64,000 bases of DNA from an uncultured Clostridia bacterium (GTDB lineage: Bacteria; Bacillota; Clostridia; Christensenellales; UBA1242), in assembly GCA_944351415.1 (NCBI GenBank), contig CALVPQ010000001.1:13540-77539 (forward strand). The letters run 5' to 3'. The translations under genes and the position numbers were made by a program. This document shows positions 19,032 to 28,400 of the stretch, piece by piece. Position 1 is the first letter of the stretch, and every line of letters begins with the position of its first letter. The notes under the pieces were generated by a model. That model did not search any database, was not told the DNA's origin, and saw nothing but the letters and a program-made list of their open reading frames with translations.

Positions 19032-20268
19032 GTAAATATTCCTCCTTAAATCTTGTAAGACTTTCTACCGACCTATTAAATAGTTTTTCTAAAAATGTTG
19101 GGCTGGCAATATCGTCTTTTGTTTGTATTATATCATAATTTTCACGATTAACATTCTGTTTTAGTAAACTTGTTGAAATTATCTTATGTGATAATAGCCC
19201 AATAAAACTTGATTGTGGCAGACTGAGCATCTGCATATCATTATAATATTTATAGACATTCATTGCAGTCATAAAACCGCTTGCTATACAATCATAATAG
19301 TTATGAAGCCCAAGAATTGAACCAGCAAAGAAAACGTTTTTATCCTGTTTTGATTGGTTAAACTCATTTATCACATATTTTGCATTCAAATATACAGCAT
19401 CTTCTACTTCTGATTTTTTTATAAGTGCCGCATTTTCAAACCCTTTTATACTTTTTATAATTTCAAGTTGCCTTGCCTCGTCTAGCTTTGATGATATGCC
19501 CTCTAAAATATATCCATGTTCTGACTTTTTTAAGCTTATTACTGCATAAGGTTTTTCACTTACATCTTCAAGATATATTGGCATAAGTGAATAAGCCCTT
19601 AAAGCATCTCGCCCTTTCCATGCAAGGTCTTCTATGGTATGTTCACAAAAATTGCAACGCTTGCCACCAAGTTCATTTATAACCTTGACAATCGTGTTAA
19701 CAAATTTAAGATATTCGTTGTAGTTAAGTGGAAGATATAAATGTTCGCTATCCCCCTTCTTTATCTTTAAATAGCTCTCATCTATTCCATTAACAATTGG
19801 ACATACCATCTGTTTGTTAAAGCATCTCATTGGACCATATTTTTGAAGAAGAAAATTGAACATCTTTTCATCTGTATTTGAGCCTGTTGCAATCACATTT
19901 ATCTCTTTTGGATTTAATTCTGATATACAAGCTTCAAAATACTCAATATTTTTGTTGTTTCTGACTAGTTCCTTTCCATACTGCAAAATGCTTTTAGCAT
20001 AGCAACCTGGATAGCCCTCTTTTCTTAGTCTTTGTTCTTCTTTAATTAGCGGAGAGCCAAGGTAGATTAGCTCTTGTTTTAAAAGCTCGGTCCAAAGTTC
20101 TTCTTTCTCACATTCTTTTTCATTTCGACATCTTGCACAGTTACATTTATAATCTTTATGAATATCAAACAGATGCACCTTAACACCATGCCCTGCAAGA
20201 AAAAGTGCACATTCAACACCTGCAAACCCACAGCCTATAACATTCACTACTCGCTGATAAAAATTCAT
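19015..20268 (-). CDS. trmFO: Divergent TrmFO-like FAD-dependent tRNA methyltransferase homolog
   Basis: FAD motif [18 protein letters not shown] and [20 protein letters not shown] align by eye to B. subtilis TrmFO. The conserved topA-trmFO-hslVU gene order supports the call. Confidence 0.6.
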   Translation of the reverse strand: MNFYQRVVNVIGCGFAGVECALFLAGHGVKVHLFDIHKDYKCNCARCRNEKECEKEELWTELLKQELIYLGSPLIKEEQRLRKEGYPGCYAKSILQYGKELVRNNKNIEYFEACISELNPKEINVIATGSNTDEKMFNFLLQKYGPMRCFNKQMVCPIVNGIDESYLKIKKGDSEHLYLPLNYNEYLKFVNTIVKVINELGGKRCNFCEHTIEDLAWKGRDALRAYSLMPIYLEDVSEKPYAVISLKKSEHGYILEGISSKLDEARQLEIIKSIKGFENAALIKKSEVEDAVYLNAKYVINEFNQSKQDKNVFFAGSILGLHNYYDCIASGFMTAMNVYKYYNDMQMLSLPQSSFIGLLSHKIISTSLLKQNVNRENYDIIQTKDDIASPTFLEKLFNRSVESLTRFKEEYLHGKHV

Positions 20269-20489
20269 AATTTATTTAACTCCTTATAGTCTTTTATCTT
20301 TTCAGTTAAAAGACTATTAAAGTATATTGCATTTCGCTTTTATTACGAATATGAAAAATGCAATAAAAATGTGAAAAAGCTTAAACTTTGTCGTTTTTTG
20401 ACGCTTTACATATTTATTTTAGCAAAATATTTGATTTTTTCAAATTATATTTCAATATTTTAAAGTTTTAGGCAATTTTTATTGATTAA

Positions 20490-20520
20490 AATAAAAAAGT
20501 TATGAAAAACTCATAACCTT
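20490..20520 (-). terminator. Intrinsic terminator after topA
   Basis: Minus strand ggttatga-gttt-ttcataac followed by ttttttat. Confidence 0.65.
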
Positions 20521-22608
20521 TTATGACTGTTGTTCATTATCTTTTATAAAGTCACATTCATTATTTGAACACTTTATTTTTTTGCCCTTTATGACAAGTG
20601 GACTTGAACATTTTGGACATTTATCCCCTGTTGGAATGTCCCAACTCATAAACTTGCAGTCTGGATAGCGAGAGCATGAATAGAAAATTTTGCCCTTCTT
20701 GCTTCTTCTCTCTGTCATATCACTGCCACATTCTGGGCACCTGCCAACTTTTTTGACAACTGTTTCAAGTGGACGAGCATTTTTGCATTTTGGAAAATTA
20801 GAACAAGCCAAAAACTCGCCATATCTTCCATTTCTTATAACCATTTTCCCGCCACACTTTTCACAGATTATATCAGTTTCTTTTGGCGGTTCTTTCATGG
20901 TAAGTGAACTTGCATCTGCCCTGCCAAGTAGCCCCTCAAAGCCATTCCAAAAGTTAGATACAACTGTATGCCAATCCTCATCTTTGCTTGCAATATCATC
21001 AAGGCGTTGTTCCATAAATGCAGTAAATTTAACATTTATCACACTTGAAAAGAATTTCTCAAGGTATGTTGTTATTTTTCTGCCAAGTTCTGTTGGCTTT
21101 AAATAACGTCCTTCTTTTTCAGTGTAATGTCTTGATGCAAGCACTGTGATTGTTGCAGCATAAGTTGCAGGTCTGCCAATTCCCTTTTCTTCCATTGCTT
21201 TAACAAGGCTTGCTTCTGTGTATCTTGCTGGTGGTTTTGTGAACTTCTGCTCTGGTGTAAGTTTACTTAGAGTTAGATCTTCCCCTTCTTCAAGTTTTGG
21301 AAGTTTCCCTGCCATGCCTTCGTTTTTCTCTTCTTCAACAAACTCTTTATATACTTTGGTATAACCTGGAAACTCCATTGTTTTGCCTGTTACTTTAAAG
21401 CCATAATCTGCACAATCAAAATTTACCGATACATTTGAGTATTCAGCTTCGCTCATCTGACTTGCTAAAAAACGCTCGTAAATCAGTTTATAAAGCCTAT
21501 AGTTATCACTGGATAAAGTTTCTTTTGCCATGTCTGGTGTGATGTCCATTGTGATAGGTCTGATTGCCTCGTGTGCATCTTGAGCATTTTCTTTTGTGTG
21601 ATATATATTAGGTTTTTCTGGAACAAACTCACTGCCATACTTCTCTTTTATAAAGTCAAGGCAGGCATTTTGTGCGTCCGTTGACACACGAACAGAGTCT
21701 GTTCTTATATATGTGATAAGGGCTATCTTGCCCTCACCCTTAATATCTACTCCCTCATAAAGTTGCTGTGCCGAAGATGTTGTTCGGCTTAGGCTCATGC
21801 CAAGTTTATTAAGTGCATCTTGTTGCATAGTTGATGTTGTGAATGGTGCTGGGGCATGAGATTTCGTTTTACTCTTCTTGATTTCTGTTATCTTAAAATT
21901 TTTGTCTTTTATATCTTCTATAAGTTTATCAACTTCTTGTTTGCTTTTTGGAACAAACTTCTTCTTTTTATATGTTGCAAGAGTGGTCTTTATTTCACTG
22001 GTATCCTTTTTTAAAAAGGCATTAACCGTCCAAAACTCTTCTGGAACAAAGTTTTCAATCTCTTTTTCTCTATCAACAACAAGTTTTAAGGCAACTGATT
22101 GAACACGACCTGCGCTAAGCTTTGGAGCTATCTTCTTGCATAAAATTGGAGAAAGTTTATAACCCACAATCCTATCAAGCACTCTTCTTGCCTGTTGAGC
22201 ATTAACAAGTTTAATGTCTATTTTTCTAGGGTGCTCTAGTGCTTTTGATACCGCTTTTTTTGAAATTTCGTTGAACTCTATTCGGCAGGTTTTATCTGGC
22301 TTAAACCCTAGAATATTTGCAACATGCCAAGAAATTGCTTCACCTTCACGGTCTGGGTCGGTTGCAATCAACACCTCGTCTGCTTGGGCTGCTTTCTTTT
22401 TGAGCTCGTTTATAAGCTCTTTCTTATCTGGCACAATTTCATATTTTGGTTCAAAGTTATTTTTTAAATCTATACCAAAAGATTTTTGCGGAAGGTCTCT
22501 TATATGTCCCTTTGTTGCAAAAACTTCATATCCACTTCCTAGATACTTTTTTAATGCCTCTCTTTTAAATGGTGATTCAATTATAACTAATTTCAATTTG
22601 TCCTCCAT
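20521..22608 (-). CDS. topA: DNA topoisomerase I
   Basis: Toprim (VIIESPFK, DPDREGEAISWH), catalytic Tyr region ITYIRTDS, and C-terminal Cys4 zinc ribbons (CEKCGG...C..FPKC and others). Confidence 0.95.
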   Translation of the reverse strand: MEDKLKLVIIESPFKREALKKYLGSGYEVFATKGHIRDLPQKSFGIDLKNNFEPKYEIVPDKKELINELKKKAAQADEVLIATDPDREGEAISWHVANILGFKPDKTCRIEFNEISKKAVSKALEHPRKIDIKLVNAQQARRVLDRIVGYKLSPILCKKIAPKLSAGRVQSVALKLVVDREKEIENFVPEEFWTVNAFLKKDTSEIKTTLATYKKKKFVPKSKQEVDKLIEDIKDKNFKITEIKKSKTKSHAPAPFTTSTMQQDALNKLGMSLSRTTSSAQQLYEGVDIKGEGKIALITYIRTDSVRVSTDAQNACLDFIKEKYGSEFVPEKPNIYHTKENAQDAHEAIRPITMDITPDMAKETLSSDNYRLYKLIYERFLASQMSEAEYSNVSVNFDCADYGFKVTGKTMEFPGYTKVYKEFVEEEKNEGMAGKLPKLEEGEDLTLSKLTPEQKFTKPPARYTEASLVKAMEEKGIGRPATYAATITVLASRHYTEKEGRYLKPTELGRKITTYLEKFFSSVINVKFTAFMEQRLDDIASKDEDWHTVVSNFWNGFEGLLGRADASSLTMKEPPKETDIICEKCGGKMVIRNGRYGEFLACSNFPKCKNARPLETVVKKVGRCPECGSDMTERRSKKGKIFYSCSRYPDCKFMSWDIPTGDKCPKCSSPLVIKGKKIKCSNNECDFIKDNEQQS

Positions 22609-22642
22609 TTGCGGATTATCCGCTTACTATCGTGTGCCTTAG

Positions 22643-22913
22643 GCACTTTACTATCATTCAGTATGTTTGTAACTTCTAGTTTATAACTTCATAAGAGCAT
22701 TGATTACTCTTATTTTTGAAACTTACTTGGTTATGCTAAATAATTCACCCTTTATGGGGCCCCTTAATTAGAAGGTAAGCTTTTGCCCACAAAGTCAAAG
22801 ACTTTGCAGGTGCCAAGGTCGGGAAACCAAAATTCTGGCACTTAAGAGAGCGGCCATTCAATATATACTTTCAGACCACTTTGCCGGGCAGTCGCTCAGC
22901 ACTTATGCTGGTG
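22643..22913 (-). ncRNA. Unassigned structured-RNA candidate between dprA and topA
   Basis: It contains no ORF and looks markedly G+C-richer than the flanks. Several hairpins are present: gtgcca...tggcac, ctgcaaagtc-ttt-gactttgtgg with G-U pairs only on the minus strand, ataagag...ctcttat, gtgcc-tta-ggcac and gcgga-tta-tccgc. Confidence 0.35.
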
Positions 22914-23999
22914 TCACCCTAGTGTTATCATGCCACCTGGCAACCTTTTTATTATCCCACGAATTTCAAGCGTTGTCAAATAAGTGTTAAATAGACTTAT
23001 ATTCAATCCACAATTTTTTGTTAAATAGTCTATATCTTTCATACCATCTTCAAGCAGTGATACGATTGCTTGCTCCTCTATTGAAAGCTGTTGAGCCATC
23101 TTTTTTGAACTTTTTTCTTCAATATTATAATCTTGCAGTATATCTGATGGCTTTGTTACGCACTGAGCCTGCCCTGTTTTGATAATCTCGTTAGTAAGTT
23201 CACTTGCCAAACTATCAATATTGCCTGGAACTGAATATACGTTTTTACCATAGTCTAGTGCAAAATCCTTTGTATGCATTGTTCCGCTTTTCATGCTTGC
23301 TTCGGTTATTAAAACTCCATCACTTAGCCCGGCAAGTATACGATTTCGTTGTGGAAAAGAATATTTGGTAGCTTTTTTATTTGGGCTATACTCACTTAAA
23401 AGCAAACCTTCCTTTGCTATTTCATCTGCAAGTGATTGATGCTCTGCTGGGTAAATTTCATGTAGCCCTGAACCAAGCACGGCAATAGTTTTGCCACCAA
23501 CCTCTAAACATTTTCTATGTGCTATACTATCAACACCATAAGCAAGTCCACTTACAATAACAACCCCTGCAGATGCAATATCTTTAACAAGCCTTTCTGT
23601 TGCCATTCTTCCATAAGCGGTAGGTTTCCTTGTGCCAACAACGGCAAGTGATTGGTGCTTAAGTAAGCTTATATCACCTTTGCAAAATAAGAAAAATGGT
23701 GCATCGCTTAGTTCTTTTAGTTTTTCTGGATAATTTAAACTATATTTTGTAAGCAAGATTATATCATCATTTAAAAGGTTGTTATAATAATTTTTTATAC
23801 GTGTTAGGTCTGCCCTTTCCTTCATTTTTTCATGATTTTCTTTTGAAAGCACTTTTTCATTAAACTTATTTTTACAAAAATGTTTTAAAGAAATATCATC
23901 TCCAAGTGCTTCTATAATCTGTTGATTTTTTAAATATGTATTATCAAACATTGATAAAAATATTAAAAAATTTTTTATTTCACTGTCTATTTCTATCAT
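22914..23999 (-). CDS. dprA: DNA processing protein DprA (Smf)
   Basis: GLAYGVDSIAHR and FPQRNRI motifs. The start is uncertain: ATG at 23999 or GTG at 24038. Confidence 0.85.
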   Translation of the reverse strand: MIEIDSEIKNFLIFLSMFDNTYLKNQQIIEALGDDISLKHFCKNKFNEKVLSKENHEKMKERADLTRIKNYYNNLLNDDIILLTKYSLNYPEKLKELSDAPFFLFCKGDISLLKHQSLAVVGTRKPTAYGRMATERLVKDIASAGVVIVSGLAYGVDSIAHRKCLEVGGKTIAVLGSGLHEIYPAEHQSLADEIAKEGLLLSEYSPNKKATKYSFPQRNRILAGLSDGVLITEASMKSGTMHTKDFALDYGKNVYSVPGNIDSLASELTNEIIKTGQAQCVTKPSDILQDYNIEEKSSKKMAQQLSIEEQAIVSLLEDGMKDIDYLTKNCGLNISLFNTYLTTLEIRGIIKRLPGGMITLG

Positions 24000-24096
24000 T
24001 AATTTCCAACCTTTTAAGACTTTTAGACTCTTTAACACTAAATTTTAACTAAAAAACAAGCAATTTACAAATATTTTTGCATTTTTTTTGAAATTT

Positions 24097-25632
24097 TTAG
24101 TTATTCCAATATTTTCTATCAAGTGTTCTATAAGAAATTGCTTCAGCAACATGGCGGGCTTCAATATTCTCGCTGCCGTCTAAATCAGCAATTGTTCTTG
24201 CAACTTTTAGAATTTTATCATGAGCACGTGCAGAGAGTTTTAGCCTATCAAATGCATTTCTGAGCATATTATCACCCATAGCATCAAGCTTACAATATTT
24301 TTTTGTCATGGCTGGGGTCATCTTTGCATTACAATATATTTTCTCCCCCTTATAGCGCTCAAGTTGCATCTGTCTTGCCCTGTCAACTCGCTTCTTTATA
24401 TCTGCTGAACTTTCTTCCTGCTGTTCACTTTTAAGCTGGTCATAGGTGACATTATCAACTTCAATATGTATGTCAATCCTATCCATTATTGGCCCTGACA
24501 ATTTTGAAAGATATTTTGATATTTGACCTGGCGAGCAGTGACACTCTTTATCTTTTGAACCATAGTTGCCACACGGACATGGATTCATGCTTGCAATTAA
24601 AGTAAATGAAGCCGGATATGTTATTGTGGCATTACTTCTTGCAACTGTGATAACACCATCTTCAAGTGGTTGACGGAGAGTTTCTATTGTGTGGCGTGAA
24701 TACTCTGGAAACTCGTCAAGAAATAAAACTCCATGGTCCGCAAGGGATATTTCACCTGGCTTGCTGTTTGCACCACCACCTGTTAAACTGACTGTGCTTG
24801 CTGTGTGATGTGGACTTCTGAATGGTCTTGTTGAAACTATACCTTGTTTTAAGTCTAGTTCCCCTGCAATTGAATGTATTTTTGTTACTTCAAGCGCTTC
24901 TTCAAAGGTCAAATCCGGCAAAATAGACGGAAAGCATTTTGCAAGCATACTTTTTCCGCTTCCTGGTGGCCCTATCATTAAAAGATTGTGCCCACCTGCA
25001 GCGGCAATCTCTAGGGCACGTTTTGCCATTGCTTGACCTTTAACATTTGAAAAATCCATGCCACTTGTGGAAGATGTGCGTAAAACATTATAATCACAAG
25101 TCTCTATTGGCTTTAATTTTTTATCGCCACGTAAGAACTCCACAGTTTCAATAAGCGACTTAACACAATAAACCTCTATACCTTCAATATAACTTGCTTC
25201 AATTTTATTTGCATAAGGCACAATAAATTTTCTAAATCCAAGTTTTCTTGCTGATATTAGAAGTGGTAAAACACCACGCACTTGTTTAACTGAACCATCA
25301 AAAGAAAGCTCACCAACATAAACGTATTCCCCTTCATTCTTAATTTTGTTCTCATCATTACATGATAAAATAGATACTGCAATAGCAAGGTCATAGAGTG
25401 CACCTTCCTTTTTTATATCAGCAGGTGCTAGATTTATTGTTATTCTTTTTATTGGATATTCAAATCCACTATTTTTTATTGCTGAGCGAACTCTTTCCTT
25501 TGCCTCCTTAATTGCAGTATCTGCAAGCCCGACGATTTCAAAATGTGGCAGACCATTGCTGACATCTGTTTCAACATCAATAGGTTCACCTTCTATTCCT
25601 TTAAGCCCAAAGCTTTTAACTTTAGCAAGCAT
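24097..25632 (-). CDS. comM: YifB/ComM-family Mg-chelatase-like AAA+ ATPase
   Basis: Walker A GPPGSGKSMLAK, LFLDEFPE, and an N-terminal Lon-like domain; 511 aa. Confidence 0.9.
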   Translation of the reverse strand: MLAKVKSFGLKGIEGEPIDVETDVSNGLPHFEIVGLADTAIKEAKERVRSAIKNSGFEYPIKRITINLAPADIKKEGALYDLAIAVSILSCNDENKIKNEGEYVYVGELSFDGSVKQVRGVLPLLISARKLGFRKFIVPYANKIEASYIEGIEVYCVKSLIETVEFLRGDKKLKPIETCDYNVLRTSSTSGMDFSNVKGQAMAKRALEIAAAGGHNLLMIGPPGSGKSMLAKCFPSILPDLTFEEALEVTKIHSIAGELDLKQGIVSTRPFRSPHHTASTVSLTGGGANSKPGEISLADHGVLFLDEFPEYSRHTIETLRQPLEDGVITVARSNATITYPASFTLIASMNPCPCGNYGSKDKECHCSPGQISKYLSKLSGPIMDRIDIHIEVDNVTYDQLKSEQQEESSADIKKRVDRARQMQLERYKGEKIYCNAKMTPAMTKKYCKLDAMGDNMLRNAFDRLKLSARAHDKILKVARTIADLDGSENIEARHVAEAISYRTLDRKYWNN

Positions 25633-25776
25633 TATTTTCCCCTTTTATTTATGATTATAATAAAAAGTCTGTTATTTTACAAATAAATTACTTTATTTTA
25701 AAATTATAAAAAAATAAAAGACCTTCATTTAGATGAAAATCTTTTTTAAAATCTGATAAATATTTAAAACATCTTT

Positions 25777-26460
25777 TTATTCTCTTGATTGTTTTTCTTT
25801 AATCCTTAATTTTTTTAAATTTTCTTTTTCTTCTTTGCTGACTCTATATGAATCGCAAACTTTTTGTATTGTTTTATTCCTTACAAAGGCATCATCAAGG
25901 TTTTGCAAAAATTTATACATAAAATTATAATCATAAATAAAAGCTTCGCTATAGCACCATGCCTTAGCCATTTTCACATAATAGTCTTGATTTTTAACTT
26001 TATCAATTTCAGTTATAACATTTTTTAAGTTATCTTTTAGTTGGAACCTTAAAAGCCATACAATACCAAATCTAATTTCATAAGGCTCTTCACTCTTAAG
26101 TAGAGAGTAGAAAAATTCTTTTTCGTTTTCAAAGCCTTTAAGTCTTACAACTATAGTGTCGCACGCACCCCAATTATCAATAAAAGGAAGTAGAAATTTA
26201 AGCAAATTTATCTTTTCTTTTATTGGCAACTTTGAATAAACAATAAAAAAGCCTGAAAGAACAATTTCCTCATAGTTATCTCGTGGCAATTGATAGAAAT
26301 CTACATCAATTTTTACCAGCTTTTTTGCAAAATTTTCAAGTGTTTTTGTTTTGATGCCATTAATTTCATATTTGGTGCTGATTATTCCCATATCAAATAT
26401 AACCTTTTTTGCATCTCCCTCTTGCTTAATAAAATCTTTTATCATTTCACTTACTTGCAT
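25777..26460 (-). CDS. DNA alkylation repair (AlkD-like HEAT-repeat) protein
   Basis: NWGACDTIV and WLLRF strings are typical of this family. The start is set at the ATG at 26460, after AGGTGA. Confidence 0.55.
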   Translation of the reverse strand: MQVSEMIKDFIKQEGDAKKVIFDMGIISTKYEINGIKTKTLENFAKKLVKIDVDFYQLPRDNYEEIVLSGFFIVYSKLPIKEKINLLKFLLPFIDNWGACDTIVVRLKGFENEKEFFYSLLKSEEPYEIRFGIVWLLRFQLKDNLKNVITEIDKVKNQDYYVKMAKAWCYSEAFIYDYNFMYKFLQNLDDAFVRNKTIQKVCDSYRVSKEEKENLKKLRIKEKQSRE

Positions 26461-26655
26461 ATATTTCACCTATAACTAGCATTAGTCTAATAAATAGATA
26501 ATTTTTTGTCAAATATTTCATAAAAAATGTATACTTAAGTTTATTTTAACACTTTTGGCTAATATTGTAAAATAATATGTAATTTTGTAAAAAAATATAT
26601 AAAATCATTTTGTAATAATGATAAAACTTACTATAATTAATTTCGGAGTTTAAGT

Positions 26656-27090
26656 ATGAATTTTGAACATTTTATTTTAGAAAAAGAAGTTGCACTTTAT
26701 CTTTTAATTTTAAAAATATCACCAAGTTTAAAGGGATATAGCTATATTATGAGTGGTGTTTGCAGAATAGCTCAGGACATAACCAAAAAATATAATATGA
26801 CTAACCGTCTGTATAATGAAATATCACAAGAATTTAGTGTTAATAAAAATTTGATTGATAGAGCTATGCGTCATGCAATAGAAGTAAGTATAAAAAGAAA
26901 TGGAATTTCTGATTTTGAAAAGTTTTCTTCTTTTGATTTTTCTTCTGATAAACCTACTCCACGTGAACTTCTTACCATTCTTGCTGAAAAGGCTATTTTG
27001 GATAAATATTCGTCTATAAATAAGTTCTATCAAGAGTGCACACAAACCCTTGACAAGGAAAAGGACCCTTTGCCATATAATTTATGGTAA
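26656..27090 (+). CDS. Stand-alone Spo0A C-terminal (DNA-binding) domain protein with no receiver domain
   Basis: GGAG RBS. KGYSYI...LYNEISQEF...RAMRHAIEV...KPTPRELLTILAEKA parallels the Spo0A strings IKGYQY...RAIRHAIEV...KPTNSEFIAMVADK. Confidence 0.65.
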   Translation: MNFEHFILEKEVALYLLILKISPSLKGYSYIMSGVCRIAQDITKKYNMTNRLYNEISQEFSVNKNLIDRAMRHAIEVSIKRNGISDFEKFSSFDFSSDKPTPRELLTILAEKAILDKYSSINKFYQECTQTLDKEKDPLPYNLW

Positions 27091-27192
27091 AAACTTCTTC
27101 TTCAATAAATAAAACATACATTAATCTTATATATTTTCAAAAAATCTCTCTTTTTTAGAAAATATTTTTAAATTTAAACGTTTTTTATAAAA

Positions 27193-28068
27193 TTAACAAT
27201 TACTTATCAATTTTAATCCATATTTATAATTGGTCTTTATCTTGCTTGCCAAAATACTCTCACATTCTATAGACTCTGCAAGTATGTTCCCTGCTTTTAT
27301 GTTTTGACATATTAAATTAGCACAAAAAACATCTTCATTTTCTGCATATAAATTCTTAATATTGAGATTTCTTGCCTTTAAACATTTTGCTTTGATAGTT
27401 AGTGATGGATAGTCTATATCAAACTCTAATATGCTATCTTGATTAAATTTAAGTGTATCATTTTCAAAAACAAGTTCTTTTTTACATTCTTCAAAAGAGT
27501 GGTATTTTTTAAAATTTTGATAGCCTATTGTTTTTTCATAAATGCTAAAATCTTTTTCAACTTGGTTTCTAAATGCACGTGCTGTGCTAAAATATTTTAT
27601 ATATCCTTCTGGGGCGACAAACTTTGTTTTTCTTAAAACTATTGTTCTATGCTCGTTTATATTTAAAATATTTTTAAATTCTTTTAGCGAACCTATTTCT
27701 TTTATTAGATATGGGCTGATAATATAGCTTTTATCTGTTTTAAATGTGAAAGCATAAAACTCCCCTAAATTTAAACGACAACTAAGAAGTTTGAAAAAGT
27801 CAAAAAAACCAAAAGAAGAAAGGGCTTTATCGTTGACAAAAGCGGTATAACACTCAATATTTTTCTTGATTTCATCATAAATTCTTATTGTGACAATATC
27901 AATCTTCCCAAGATATTTTTCCTTTTCTAATGCCTGCTTAATTTCTTTATAGCTGTTTTCTGAACTTTTCTTTAATATTATAACTCCATTTTCGCTTAAA
28001 TTATCTATAAAAAAATCTCTATAAGTTATGCAAAAATATTCCAAACCACCATAATAAATATTCTTCAT
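27193..28068 (-). CDS. Hypothetical protein (291 aa)
   Basis: The ATG directly abuts the upstream stop (GGGGAATAGATG), indicating translational coupling. I recognise no motif. Confidence 0.6.
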   Translation of the reverse strand: MKNIYYGGLEYFCITYRDFFIDNLSENGVIILKKSSENSYKEIKQALEKEKYLGKIDIVTIRIYDEIKKNIECYTAFVNDKALSSFGFFDFFKLLSCRLNLGEFYAFTFKTDKSYIISPYLIKEIGSLKEFKNILNINEHRTIVLRKTKFVAPEGYIKYFSTARAFRNQVEKDFSIYEKTIGYQNFKKYHSFEECKKELVFENDTLKFNQDSILEFDIDYPSLTIKAKCLKARNLNIKNLYAENEDVFCANLICQNIKAGNILAESIECESILASKIKTNYKYGLKLISNC

Positions 28069-28383
28069 CTATTCCCCCAGAACTTCATAATCTATTAAAA
28101 AATTTTGTTTTTTGAAGTTGATTTTCGCCTGTTTATCACCAATTTCCTTTGTGCTTATATCTTTAATAATGGTATAAGTAAACTCATTATCTTCTAACAT
28201 TTTAAAATTAGCAGGAATAACCCAGTGCATAATGCCAGTGATAAATTCTTTTGCGTTCAAACTTAAAATTATTTGCGAGTCAGTATAAGCTAGTATTTCG
28301 ACTTTTGAAAGAGTGATTTCTTCGTTCTGTTTAAACTTATTTGGCGACATTATAACCTTGGTTATTGATAACTCTTTTTCCAT
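28069..28383 (-). CDS. Hypothetical protein (about 105 aa)
   Basis: Start set at the ATG at 28383, after GGAGAAAAAG. The listed longer ORF runs through a terminator hairpin. Confidence 0.55.
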   Translation of the reverse strand: MEKELSITKVIMSPNKFKQNEEITLSKVEILAYTDSQIILSLNAKEFITGIMHWVIPANFKMLEDNEFTYTIIKDISTKEIGDKQAKINFKKQNFLIDYEVLGE

Positions 28384-28400
28384 CTTTTTCTCCTTTTTAT

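Noticed and set aside
20269-20489. Hairpins in the topA-trmFO spacer (atagtctttta...taaaagactat; ttgcattt...aaatgcaa) as another copy of the nested-hairpin family
   Set aside because: The arms lack the GC[CA]GA[AG]AAGT core, and the nested two-to-three-hairpin layout is not reproduced. I do not count it as a family member.
17304-22642. Numerous 60-142-aa plus-strand ORFs within hslU, hslV, topA and elsewhere
   Set aside because: All are antisense to long, motif-supported minus-strand genes, have S/L/F-rich low-complexity products and lack RBSs. Such ORFs are typical antisense open frames of codon-biased AT-rich genes.
22643-22913. Specific class assignments for the dprA-topA RNA candidate (RNase P, tmRNA, c-di-AMP riboswitch, 6S)
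   Set aside because: The RNase P CR-I/CR-V strings and tmRNA termini are absent. The c-di-AMP-like GGGGCCCCA / AGGGTGAAT resemblance lacks the ACCCG..CAGCTAAC half and has the wrong order. I could not draw a 6S-type closing stem. It remains unassigned.
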